Part shown: positions 25,600 to 37,449 of the stretch, piece by piece
Numbering within the stretch: the stretch's first letter is position 1
Layout: the number at the start of each line of letters is the position of its first letter
Origin: Lama guanicoe
Lineage: Eukaryota
DNA: 64,000 nt
Assembly (NCBI GenBank): GCA_013239625.1
Contig: MU054323.1
Location: forward strand, 7,057,220 to 7,121,219
Direction: 5' to 3'
Notes under the pieces: generated by a model
What the model was told of the DNA's origin: nothing
Databases searched by the model: none
Seen by the model: the letters and a program-made list of their open reading frames with translations, nothing else
Program-made: the position numbers and the translations under genes

Positions 25600-26030
25600 A
25601 ATTTGGTGGGTCTTGCTCCCTAGTTTTTATTCCCTCTTCTGATGATACCACACTGACTTTCTTGAGAAGAAGATTTCCCTTTCCCACTGCTGATTTTAGT
25701 GAAACCATCTAACAAAATATCTCTGCTTCCTTCCAGAGTGTGTACACCTGGCCCAACGTAGGACAATTGGGCTGGCTCTGTTTTCTAGCACTTAAAGGAC
25801 AAAGACCAGTTGGAACTGATGCATCACAGCAGTCATGCCCTGATCCAAATGGCTATTAATTCCTGCTGCCAGGAGCCCAGAGCTCCCCTGGCTCCTGCCC
25901 TCTCTGATTCTGATTGTTCACCTATGCTTTTGATTTGGTGAACTACCCACAACCTTCTCATATAATGCATTTTTGCTTAAGTTATCCAGTGTTAGTTTCT
26001 GTTGCTTACAATCAAAAACTCTAACTCTAG
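25600..26030 (+). mobile_element. Old ERVL-class LTR (LTR16-like)
   Basis: 3' end tttttgcttaagttatccagtgttagtttctgttgcttacaatcaaaaactctaact. Confidence 0.6.
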
Positions 26031-27334
26031 AGCCCATAAAAAAAAATTAAAGCCATTTAAAAAATCCCATTAAAACAAATGAAACAGAGTGCTCTTGGGC
26101 ATAGGAGGTCTATCTGCTTGTCTACCTCTAGTCTGTACAATAAACTGATAAGGCTCTACAAATACAGTGTAATGTAAGTCATCTTTCATGGATGTAAAAT
26201 CTTCTCTTTTCTCTTTGCTGATATAAAATGTAAAGTTTTCTCCTGTTACCTGCACTGTCTCTATATCCTATGAGCCCTTTATACTGTTTATCTGTTTTGT
26301 GGTTTTTTTCTCTGCCTTTCATGTTTTTTTCTCTGCGTTTTCTTAAAGGTCTGATTGGCTGTCAGTTTACATTTAAAAAGTAACTCACTGAAACGATTAT
26401 CAGAAATGTAAATGGGCAGGGCTTGTACCCAGTTCTGTTTTTAATTTCTACTTGTTACATCTGAGGTTTTAGTGCCTTCCTGGGCCTTCCTGGGGTTCTG
26501 CTGCCCAAATTTTCTTGCTTTTATTGGCGTCTTCTTCTGTAGGCACTGGCGTTCAGCATTTTTGCACTGCCAAATCAGTTACCATTCATTCATTCATTTT
26601 CCATGTTCCAAACATTTGTTGTCATCTCTAGTCCTTTTATGTCCTCTCCTAATCTCTTTATCCTTGTGGGTTTTTATCTTTCTTGTTCCTTTAACATAAT
26701 TTTAGTGTTTTTCAGTGGGAAGGAAGCAGAGATAATAGTTTGGGGTTATTTCACTAAAAAATTATCTACCTTTTCTATAATTACCAAGTTTTATTTTTAC
26801 ACTAAAAGTAAATCAAGGTATTTTTAACTTTATAAAGACACAGTACCTATAACAATCTCATGTTGTCTACCAATGATCTACAAATCTATTAATTGATTCA
26901 AAAAGGAAGTAAAGCTTACTATGATTTGTCCTTAACAAATTCACACTGGCTCCAACTGTTCACTTAATTACTTTCTAGGTGTTCACAGCAAGCAACCTTG
27001 TTTAACCAAGGGATTCTATTAATTGTCAATATTCACACCAAGCTGGTAATTAGCAGAACCTACTCTTTCCCTTCATACAAGGTCAACTCAATTTTAATTC
27101 CTCTCTAGTTTCTCATGAATTTTTAAAGTTTATTGATAGTTACTTTGCAATCCCTTTTCCAAGTCTTCTTAACATCTTAGGAAGAAATTTGTCTAGACAT
27201 GAAGGTTTTAAATAATTAATTTGAAATAAATTTTAAATTTATTAAAGTAATTAACTTTAATAAATTATATTACCTTAGGCTATAATTCTCTGTTTGCAAT
27301 GTTTGTTCTAAATCCTTTCACTTTAAAGACTATA

Positions 27335-27869
27335 GTAGACTTTTTCTGGGGGAGAGTGGAGTGGGACCACCTAGCATCCAAACACACCTCTCATCTGAGG
27401 GAATCCAAAAGATGTGGGAGACAAAGCTCCACCTCCCATGGTGGAGACAAAGGGGACAGCTCTCCTTGTTCTTTACCAAAGGTATCAGCATGTGATCTAG
27501 ACACAGTGAGTCAGATGCTGTCGCACAGGATTTTAAATACTGAGGAAGGAATGTGAAGATACAGAAGGTGAGAGTTTTTTTTGTTGCAATAGTAGAGGAG
27601 TCTATATTACAGAAGTGAGGATTGGGCATCCTTTGTGACACCAGGAGTGACAGCAGCAAGTAGCCACTTGTGATGGTGCCTGTGATGGTGGCCTTATTCT
27701 GCGGCATGAATTTGACTGTATTTGGATGCCCAGTCTCCCTTTGTTCCTGTGTTTTGATATTGCGCTTTCCATTAACTCTGTGATCCTATACCATTCCAAT
27801 GAATTTCTCTTTTTCTGCTTAAGTTAGCCAGAGTTAATGTTGTTTGGACCAAAAACCTTGACTATTACA
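27335..27869 (+). mobile_element. 5' LTR (LTR33/LTR16 class) of a decayed ERV-L-type provirus
   Basis: Ends ttctgcttaagttagccagagtt...aaccttgactattaca, directly followed by internal sequence gagaaattggtgc. Confidence 0.7.
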
Positions 27870-30800
27870 GAGAAATTGGTGCTGGCAGATTGTTGCAGGC
27901 AACAGAAACTTGGGGAAATGGATGGAAGAGGGAATCTGCTAGCTGGTTACTTAAGACCAAGAGCAGGAAATACCCTGTTAGTATAAGGGGATGATATGCC
28001 CATGACATACAGTAGTAGGAAAAATTAAATGATAGATAAAATCTCATCACTGCTCATTAGAAGCAACTCTTTGCTCCCGCCAAACTACAGGAAAGTCAAA
28101 AGGCACTAAAGGCGGCAGGGCAGTGTCACTTCTATTGGATCTAGTCTGCTTGAACAAAATAAATGGCAAGCTTATATCCTTCTTTTCAGATCATGATACA
28201 AATTGTAACATGTTCCTAAGGCTCCGTGAAAAAGAAACTTGTTTCTTACAGCCACAGGACAGAGGTTACTGAAAGCCAAGTTGTCAAGTTACAAAGTCCA
28301 TTGAATTCACAGCCTCACTCAGTCTCTTATGTGAAATTTGGGGCATTGATCAGGAAACTGTTGTACTTTGAGAACCAAAATGGGAATGTTACGAATATCT
28401 GAAGAACTCGGGGAACCGTGTAACCCTGAACCTCACTGAGCCTCCATCACCAGCCCAAACAGAATCTGCTCCTATGTTTAATGAAGCTATTATTGCTTTA
28501 CATGAAGATGCACTGAAGGGAGTTACCTTGCAAAAGGAAGCCAATTATCCTTATGCTCTACTCCCTTCACTCCTCATTATCTCCAAACTTTTGACCAGAA
28601 TTAGGTACCAGCATTCCTGGGGGGCCAATTATAAAGTATAACCTAGGAGTTAATGATTAGCACACATTGTGGACAAGGGGCACATACATACACTCATACA
28701 CACACCAAGATGTGCTAGTTTACATGAATATGGGGAAATACACATGGGAATGGATTTCTAAGGAGGAAAAAACCCAAACTTTTAGATTCAGGCTGAATTT
28801 ATCGACAAGAGTATATTTGCTAGAAATTTGAATTTAACATATTGGTTTGAGTAGTTGGAAGTGTTTCTAAATATTTTCTTGGTAGGTTGCCTAAAACCCA
28901 GTCACAATAGAGAATTCTAAATGAAGCTGAGATACAATGTGATATAATGTTGAGGAAGAAATTCAAAGACATTGAAAGATAGAAATATCGGAGGGCATTT
29001 ATCATGTCTTTTTTCTATGTCCCCAAGGTGGCCCCAAAAATGCTCAGGAAGGAAATCTTTGAGAGTGCTTTAGTGGCTGTTCTAAGTAGGCCAGGAATGC
29101 CCGTGATATGCTACCACTGAAGTGCTCCCTCCTCCCTTATTTCAATCATAGTGCACAGATCCTGGCTCAGCAGAGGCTCTATGTTGGCACTTAATTGCCA
29201 GTGGTATGGGGACATGATTTCCATCTGGGGCAGCAAGGCCAGCATGATAATCAGAAACTTTTTTAAAATTGAAGTGTAGTTGATTTACAATGTTAGTTTC
29301 AGGTGTACAGCAAAGTGATTCAGTTATACATATACATTTTTTTCAGATTCTTTTGCATTATAGCTTATTACAAGAAATTGAATATAGTTCCCTGTGCTAT
29401 ACACTAGGTCCTTGTTGTTTATCTAATTCTCAGTTTTTTGATCATTGGTCCTCAGTACCAAAATAAATGATTAGCCACTAGGATCCCATTTGATTTTAAA
29501 TATATTTAAAAAAAACAAGTAGTTCAAAAATGTAAAAACCAAACTGCAGGTCTGCTGAAAATACATTTGACTCAGGTCAATACAACAGAGTGACAGCCCC
29601 ACATCAGACCCAAGACTCCATGAATAAAGGGAAAGACTGGGTGCTTTTGAAGAACAACACTGTAGGACCACCACGAATCCAGACTGGTTATACTTCCTCT
29701 GCACGTTCCCAAAGGGAATGGTGGCCATTTACCAAGGTAACTTGAGAGGAAATAAAAGGATCCTTTATGGATTATTGGGCACTGACTTTGAGCTAACACT
29801 AATCCTTCAGAACACTTAATACTGCCATCGCCTGCTGGTTGAAGTGTGGTTTATGGAAGCTGGGTTATAAGTGGAATTTTGGCCTGAATCTACTTCACAG
29901 CAGGCTCTAGAATCCCTGAGAAATCCCACAGTTTTGTTTGTTTGTTTGTTTGTTTTCAGTTCTTGAGTATAGAGTGGGACTAGATATGCTCAGAGATTGG
30001 CATAATCAGAGAAATTGGCATAATCTTATTCCTCACCAGTGGAATAAGACTTCTGTAAACAGGGCCATGTGGAAGTACCTGCAACACCTCCTACCAAATC
30101 AACCAACCAAAAAACAGTCAAAAGCGATACTACATCCTCGAGGAAATCATTAGTACAGTTGCCACCAAAATAGTCTTGTTAGATGCAAGCAAGGTACAGG
30201 GTTTGATGTTTCCCTCAACTATTTAGGTAGGCTAATGAAGAAGATGGCTGGATCCTGGAAAATAACATGGGTCCTCAATACCCTGGGTTTTTTATGAGCT
30301 TAACCAGGTGATGCTCCAATTGTGTCTGCTGTTCCAGTTGGGATATCCTGCTGAATCAAATCACTGTAGCCTCTGGTACCCAGAAGACGGCAGTTGATCT
30401 GTAAGATTCTAATGTTCTTTATTCCAGTAATTAGAAAACACCAGAGAAAACATCTGGTAGAGAAATACACCACCTTCCTCAACACTATGTCATCTCTCTG
30501 TTTCTGTACTACAGTTGATATGCAGACGACACTGACTGTCTTTCTATCCCAAGGACATCATGCTAGAGTGGCATACTGATTACATCATGATGATCCGATC
30601 TGGAGACCTAGGAGTATTAGGTACCTTAGGTACCTTGGAGGGGAGGGTGCGGGGGAAACATGCAAGAAAGAGAGAGGGGAAAGGGACAATTCTAAGAAAG
30701 TATGGGGGACTGTGACCCTAGTGACATCTAGAGTTCATTGATCTAAGTCGTGTCAGGAGAGCTCACACAAACTAAAGAGCAAGTTTTAGCCCCTTATATT

Positions 30801-31825
30801 CCCATCACTAGAAAGAGGCCCAGTGCTTACTGGGCCTTCTTGAACTTCCCAGGTAACATACCGCACATTTTGGTGTGCTTCTCCAAACTGTTTACCAAGT
30901 GACTTGAAAGACTTCCAAGTTTTGAGTAGGGCCCAAAGAAAGAAAATATTCTCCAGGCTGCAGTATATGTGGCCTTAATGACCCAGTGCATTCAAATGGT
31001 ACTTGAGTTATCAGTGGCAGATTGAGTCACTAAATGGAGCTTGTAGCAAACCTGATTGAGAGAATCACTGTGGAGACCCTTATGGATCTGCAAAAATCTA
31101 TGACCCCTTCAGCAAGCAACTGTATCTTTGTGAGAGATCCTTCTTGGCCATCTTCTGAAAAAGCAGTGAATGTCAACTGTGGAGCACCTGGCGACAATGC
31201 TGTCTTGAGATATCCATCATGAATTTTGTATCATCAGAGTCACAATGCCATAAAATTGGGTGCAGTTAGCAGAACACTGGAAAGTAGTGTATATACGAAA
31301 AGGTCCAAGTAGGTCCTTAAGCCCAATAAATTATTTGAGAAGTTTGGTCACAATTCCAATTTCTGCTGCATTGTTGCCCCTTCCTCAACTCCATGATCTT
31401 GTAATGGAGTTCCCAACCAGGCAAACCTAGTAACAACCCCACTCAGATTAGTCCCAGAGGACAACTGAGATGGAATATCCTAGTAGGCAGAACTTCACAC
31501 AGCATATCTCACAGTCCGAAAGAAGAGATAACCTGAGGTTATCATGGACAGCATCTGGTGTTTCGGCTGCATGGTCAAGAACTGAGAACAAGACTGCAGG
31601 AAATTTTGGGGGACGAGGTATTTAGAATGACCTCTTGGTCAGAAATAACACTGTCACTTTGAGGCAAGTCATTTGGGGAAGAAGAATGTGGAATAACCTA
31701 AGGGAATGGACCCAGTTAATCAGGTGAACAGATGACTCACTCTGTAGGCATCCTTCAGGTTGCTACCCCAGTGCTTCCTCAGAGGGATCAAAGTGCTCAT
31801 GGTGGCAGGGATGGAGGCTTTCCCA
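27870..31825 (+). mobile_element. Decayed ERV-L-class internal region (ERV3-16A3/HERV-L-like gag-pro-pol relic)
   Basis: Collinear motifs: gag LNSQPHSVSYVKFGALIRK (28301-28357), WEWI/QAEFID (about 28745-28806), protease GLLGTDFELTLI (29769-29804), RT KDIMLEWHTDYIMMI (30551-30595), integrase start ATPV...HGGRDGG (about 31762-31818). Confidence 0.85.
29258..29425 (-). mobile_element. Lineage L1 3' tip inserted in the ERV
   Basis: attgaagtgtagttgatttacaatgttagtttcaggtgtacagcaaagtgattcag; close to the copy at about 63725-63868. Confidence 0.85.
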
Positions 31826-32292
31826 ACTGCAGGGAAACTTCCCCTACCAAGTCCATTTTGACTTGTGCTTCCTTCCTTGATATACTAAATACTTCATCTA
31901 CTTCAAGTAAATTCTCTCTACCTTTTTCTTCCTCTCTTGTCCACTATTTTATATACAATATGTTAGTATTAGTTAAAATTATCATTTAATTTATAGGATG
32001 CAAATATTGAGACAAAATCATGATGAAATGAGGAACAATGGATATCACTCTGAGACCCTAGACTTGGTGCTGAATTCAGTAACTGACAAGCTAGGGCTTT
32101 CTCCTCTTGGGAAGGATATGGGTATATTTTTAATTGTAGAAGGAATTGTTGCATTATATTATGTAGGAATGTTTTTATGTTGGAAATTTGGGAAGAAGGG
32201 TATATGTGGATGTTTGGCTACCCAGGATCCAGTTTTCTCAAGCATACATGGAACATTCTCCAGGATAGATCATATATTGGACCACAAAATTA

Positions 32293-32321
<29 letters not shown>

Positions 32322-32323
<2 letters not shown>

Positions 32324-33625
32324 CACGTTTTCTTCATCCATTCATCCATTAATGAATGCTTAGGTTGTTTCCATATCTTGGCTATTGTGAATAATGCTGC
32401 AATAAACATGAGAGTGCAGATACCTCTTCAAAATACTGATTTCATTTTCTTTGGATATATACCCAGGAAAGGAATTGCTGAGTTATATGGTAAGTCTATT
32501 TTTAAGTTTTTGAGTAACTCCCACGCTGTTTTCCATATTGGCTGTACCAATTTAAGTTCCCACCAACAGTGTACAATGGTTCTCTTTTCTCCATACCCTC
32601 ACTAACTTCTGTTATCACTTGCCTTTCTGATAAGAGTCATCCTAACAGACATGAAGTGATATCTCATTGAGGTTTTGGTTTACATTTATTTCCCTGATGA
32701 TTAGGGATGTTGGGTACCTTTTTATATATACCTGTTGGTCATCTGTATGTCTTCTTTGGAAAAATGTGTATTCAGATTTTTTGCCCATTTTAAAATCAGG
32801 TTATTTATTTAATTTCATTTTTTGCTATTGAGTTGTATGAGCTCCTTATATATTTCAGATATTAACCCCTTATCAGCTGTATGGTTTGTAAATATTTTCT
32901 CCCATTCCATAGGTTGCCTTTCATTTTATTGTTTCTTTTGCGATACAGAAGCTTTTTAGGTTGATGGGTTTCCATTTGTTTACTTTTGTTTTTGTTACCT
33001 TTTTGTCTGGTGTCATATCCAAAAAATTATTGCTGAGACCAATGTCAAAGAGCTTTTTCAACAGTTTTCTTCTAGGGGTTTTATAGTTTCAGGTCTTATA
33101 TTTAAACCTTTAATCTATTTTGAGTTAATTTTTGTGTCTGATATAAAATAAGCGTCTAACTTCATTCTTTTGCATGTGGATATCTAGTTTTCCCAGGACC
33201 ATTTGTCAAAGAGACCATCCTTTCCCCACTGAATGGCTTTGACACCCTTATTGAAAATCATTTGCCCATACATGTGTGGGTTAATTTCTGGGATTTCCAT
33301 TTTATTTCTTTGATCTATATGTCTGTCTTTATGTACCACACTGTTTTGACTACGATCATTTTGTAACATAGTTTGAAAACAGGAAGTTTGTCTCCAGTTT
33401 GCTATTCCTCAAGATTGCTTTGACTAGTCAGAGTCTTTTTTTGTGGTTCCATATGAATTTTAAGAATTTTTTTCTATTTCTGAGAAAAATGCCATTGGAA
33501 TTTTGATAGGGATTGCACTGACTCTGAGTGTCATTTTGGATACTTGCACATCTTAATGATATTAAGTCTTCCAATCCATGAACATGGGTGTCTTTCCATT
33601 TATTGTGTCTTCTTTAATTTCTGTC
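32322..33625 (-). mobile_element. L1 ORF2 3' part (L1MA-like), preceded by (TG)n and a short plus-strand EN fragment at 32231-32290
   Basis: Minus-strand frames give [30 protein letters not shown]...LFDKWSWEN; the plus strand gives [18 protein letters not shown]. Confidence 0.9.
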
Positions 33626-36353
33626 TTGACTTACCCGAACTGTCAGTTTTCTGGATGGCAAGGACGTTCTTAATTCTCTCTCCCCGCTTTTAACAGAGTC
33701 TCTTGTATGTAGCAGACTCTTGACAAATGCGTAAATTAGAACATGACTGACTTTTAACAGACCTCAGATACTCATGGGTTCAAAATCAAATTGATTTGTT
33801 TTCATTATACACATGTTGGTATATAGATGTCTGAGAGTCTCCACTACTTTCACCTCAGATTTGCTGAGCATCTTGTCATGAGACTGAAGTGAGTGATCAG
33901 CCAGAAAAGTGAGAACTGGGCTGGAGATTTAGAAGCTGATAATTGGGGCTGATTATCCAAGAGGAGTCATGTGGCCCAGCAGAATCCAGGAAGGGGGAAA
34001 TGGGCCAAGGATTCCTAACTGCAGGGCTGACAAAAGCTGAGCAAGTGAATATAAGTCAGCATCATCTGGAGGAGAAGGAGGGGTGATCTCAGGGTCTAAA
34101 GTCAATCTGAGGCAGTGAATAGACAAGGCCGAAGAGCCAGAGTTTGGCTCAGGCAGGCCAGGGAAATTTCCTAGGAGAGTTGGCATCTGGCCCCAATGAA
34201 GTCCTAGGGCTCTTCCTCCGCCAGCACCACTTTTAAGGTCTTAGAGTTCAGCATCTCCCACGTCCTTCTGTTTTCTTCCCCAGTAGCCAGGTTTGCAACT
34301 TTTCTGGAGGTATTTTTCTTCCTCTCGTTGATTTCATTTAAACCGTTCTTTGACCAGGTTGGCCAGTTTCTGGGCAAGCCTGTTGCTTCTGGCCGTGGTG
34401 AGAGGCAGGTCTCCTTAGCCATGGCCTGGAAAGCCGGATCTGACCTTCTGAGATCACCTATCTGACCAACTATCCACTTCCTGTGTCTTCTTTTCTCTTC
34501 CAAGTCGTGCCTATCAACCACGGGCTTTCAAAGCCTTCGAAGTGTGGGTGGGCTTGGGTCTCCCAGTGGGGGCCAGTATCCCACAGGTGGAGGTAATGGG
34601 TGGGGAACAGTTTCCTTCTGACAGCTGGGAGCAAAGAGAGAGTGAAAGGATAGAAGAGTCAAGGCTAAGGGCATGATAATGTCTGAGATTTTTACCAGGA
34701 GCAAGTGGACAGTGATTTGAGCTTCAAGTGGAAGAGGAGCCCCTTCTCCAGGGACCATAGGGAGCAGCAGCTAACGAAGGGAGCCTGACCCTGCCCTGAA
34801 GAGTGAACACAGGGTAAACTGGAGGCTGTGAAAAGGATGGTGGCTGGGAGAACTGGCTGAGCACTTTTAAACCTTGATGTGTCAATAATCAATATCTCAA
34901 ACTTCCCTCACTTTCTGGTGAAATCTGGTTTAAAGAAAGTAAAATCTGTCTGCAGCAGCTTTCGCCACCTCAGACACTCAGGCCCTGCTCTCATGGCATC
35001 AGGCCACTCTGCCCCCAGAGTCCCTCCTGCAGCCTGAGGCAGCTCTCAGGAACCTGGCCAAGAGCATGTCCTACTGACCCGGCTCCTGAGCTGTTTTCTG
35101 TGTTGTGGAGATGCATTCTTCAGCCCTTGGATACACACCTGTTCCTATACTTGGGTATTGTTTTTATAGGCTGTTCTTTCCCCTGCAGCTTCTGAGAAGT
35201 AGGTCAAGGTACCAGCTTTAAGGGAGAAGTGCCAGGGGTTCAAGTCACCAGGCCTGGAGTCAGGAATCCTGAGTTCTATTTCAGTCTTAACAGCTACATG
35301 ACAATCTCAAGGGCCCATTCTTCCCTCTGATTCCCCCTCAGCCCTTCATTGGGTCTCATGATTTTTAACCCTGAAGCTGGATTCCCTGAGGCTGTCATTT
35401 TCTTCCCTCTTCCCTCCCTCTGGAAGGCCCTTTAAAGCTGTTGACTGCTCCAGGCTGGTGTCCCGAGCAAGAGCTGCTGCAGTTGTGTGGCTGATGGGGA
35501 GATTAGAGGCTTTTAGAGCTGGTGGGCTGTTTGAGGTTGGAGCATCAGGAAGCCAGACTCCAGGGCTAAAGGACAGGCTGGCTTGTGGAGCCTGGGATGC
35601 AAGTGAGGGTCCTAGGTTTTAGCCAATGGTTGTAGATTGCTTCCTGCTTCTAAGCCTACCTTCCTCTGTAATGCAGGGAAATTCAGCCTCTGGTTCGAAA
35701 GGAAACTCGGGGAATTGTGGTGCTTGCTCACAGCACAGGGGATCATTTGAGCTGTTGCAACAAAGGACATTGTTCAGAGTGACTGTGTTAACCAGGGCAA
35801 GCTTAGGCCAAAGAATAATAACCTTTCCTGAGGCATAGTTCCTCCGGCCTGACCCAAACAGTCCCAGGAGGGCCCCCCCTCCAGCTCTGAAGTTAGCCAA
35901 TGCCACAGGGGGCCCATCACTGATGGCCTAGGAAAGGGGTGGAAATTAGAGCACCTGCTTTGATCTGGATAGCCTGAGATGCTCTCTAATCTCTTCCCTC
36001 CAAACCCATGTAGCGGCAGAGTGAAATACAGGTGAGGAAGAGGAGCAAATGCAGGCAAAGCAAGGGAAGGGGGAATTGTGCTTTAGACCACCTTAGGAAT
36101 CGTTAGGAAGAGCAGGTCAATTTAAAGTGCAGTGGTTATTTAAGGCATCATGGTGTGGTGGTAAGAAATGGGTCTTGGGGAGAGTTTCCTGGGCTTGCGT
36201 TCCTGCTCACTTTCTAGACTCCCGATTACTATGGAGGAGGCCCATAGAAGAAGCAGAGTAGAGGTTTGTGAAGAAAAAAACCATTCAAGATGAGCTTTGA
36301 AGAATGGGTAGGATTTCTTGATGTGGAGATAATGTAAATAATTCCAGCCAGAG

Positions 36354-36470
36354 AGGAGGGTATAGCTCAGTGCTAGAGTGTGTGTCTAGTTCCTGGGTAG
36401 AACCCCCAGCACCTCCATCAAAAAATAAACATAATTACCTCCACCCACCAAAAAATTTTTTTTAAATAAT
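36354..36470 (+). mobile_element. Vic-1-type SINE with internal deletion and 17-bp TSD
   Basis: TSD aataattccagccagag at 36337-36353 and 36471-36487; the gcatgcacgagg segment is missing. Confidence 0.9.
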
Positions 36471-36594
36471 AATAATTCCAGCCAGAGGAAATACAATTTG
36501 CAAAGTCAGGAAGGTAGAGGGTAGAGAGTATGTAGGGCACAGCCGGGGGGCCCGGAAATGAATTCCATTTCATTTACTAGAGAGTTCTCCCACC

Positions 36595-36738
36595 CCGCTG
36601 AACCTCCATTTCCCAGCTGTAAAATGGGAATATTAGTACGGACCTTGCAAGGCCGCTGGGAGCGCTGCATCAGACAACCTGTGTAAGGTGCTAGCACAGA
36701 ACCTGCGGCTCAGTGGGCATGCACTAAATGTTATTTCT
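36595..36738 (+). mobile_element. MIR SINE fragment
   Basis: tgaacctccatttcccagctgtaaaatgggaata...gcactaaatgttatt. Confidence 0.7.
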
Positions 36739-37289
36739 TCTCCACTTTTCTTTCTGTCATAGCCATCCCATGTTTTGGATTTCTGCAGATAAAGTAAGAA
36801 CCCAGTTAGGGTGGGAATCCTAATTCTGACTTTCCCTCCTTTCCCTAGTTCTCCTAAATAGCTGATATCTGCTTGGCATTTTTCCATGGGTGCACTATTC
36901 TGGATATTGGGGCCCTTGGGTTGTACTCTTTTGTTTTAAACTGTGAGCCAGAAGATTGTGTTCCCCTCAAGTCTCAGCTTCCTCATGTGTGAGTAATAGC
37001 ACTCCCTGGACTTATACAGTACCACTTCCTGCACATATTTTATCTAAACATCTCAACTAGACCTCAAAGAAGCTGGGTCTGGGTCAGATTCCTTCACCAC
37101 TGAATGTATAGTCCCAGGGGGGCTAGAATCTTTGGGCCAAAGCACCTATGGCAAAGGATGCAGACTGGCCAGAGTGACCCCATCCCGGTGCCCTTAGGGA
37201 CCATATGCCAATGGTGGAGGGGGAGAAAAACTCCAGATCTGGTTCAGTCATAAGGATCCAGAAGCACCCTTGCAAAGGATGGCACTAAC

Positions 37290-37449
37290 TAAAGCTGCCA
37301 GATAAAACATGGGCTGAATCTGAATTTCAGCTAAACAAAAAAATTTTTAGTATAATATGGGACACACACTCAAAATTATGCTTTATTTATTCAAAATTCA
37401 AATTTAATTGGTCATTCTATATTTTTATTTGCTAAATCTGGCAGCCCTA
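37290..37449. mobile_element. MER53 palindromic hAT MITE
   Basis: Terminal inverted repeats gctgccagat...atctggcagc; internal tgaatttcag / aaattcaaatttaa; ends tttgctaaatctggcagcccta. Confidence 0.85.

Noticed and set aside
34204..34521. 105-aa minus-strand ORF with faint PPP1R14-like look (DRHDLEEKRRHRKWIVGQIGDL)
   Set aside because: GTG start, no convincing splice sites, and the resemblance is limited to a few residues and does not extend.
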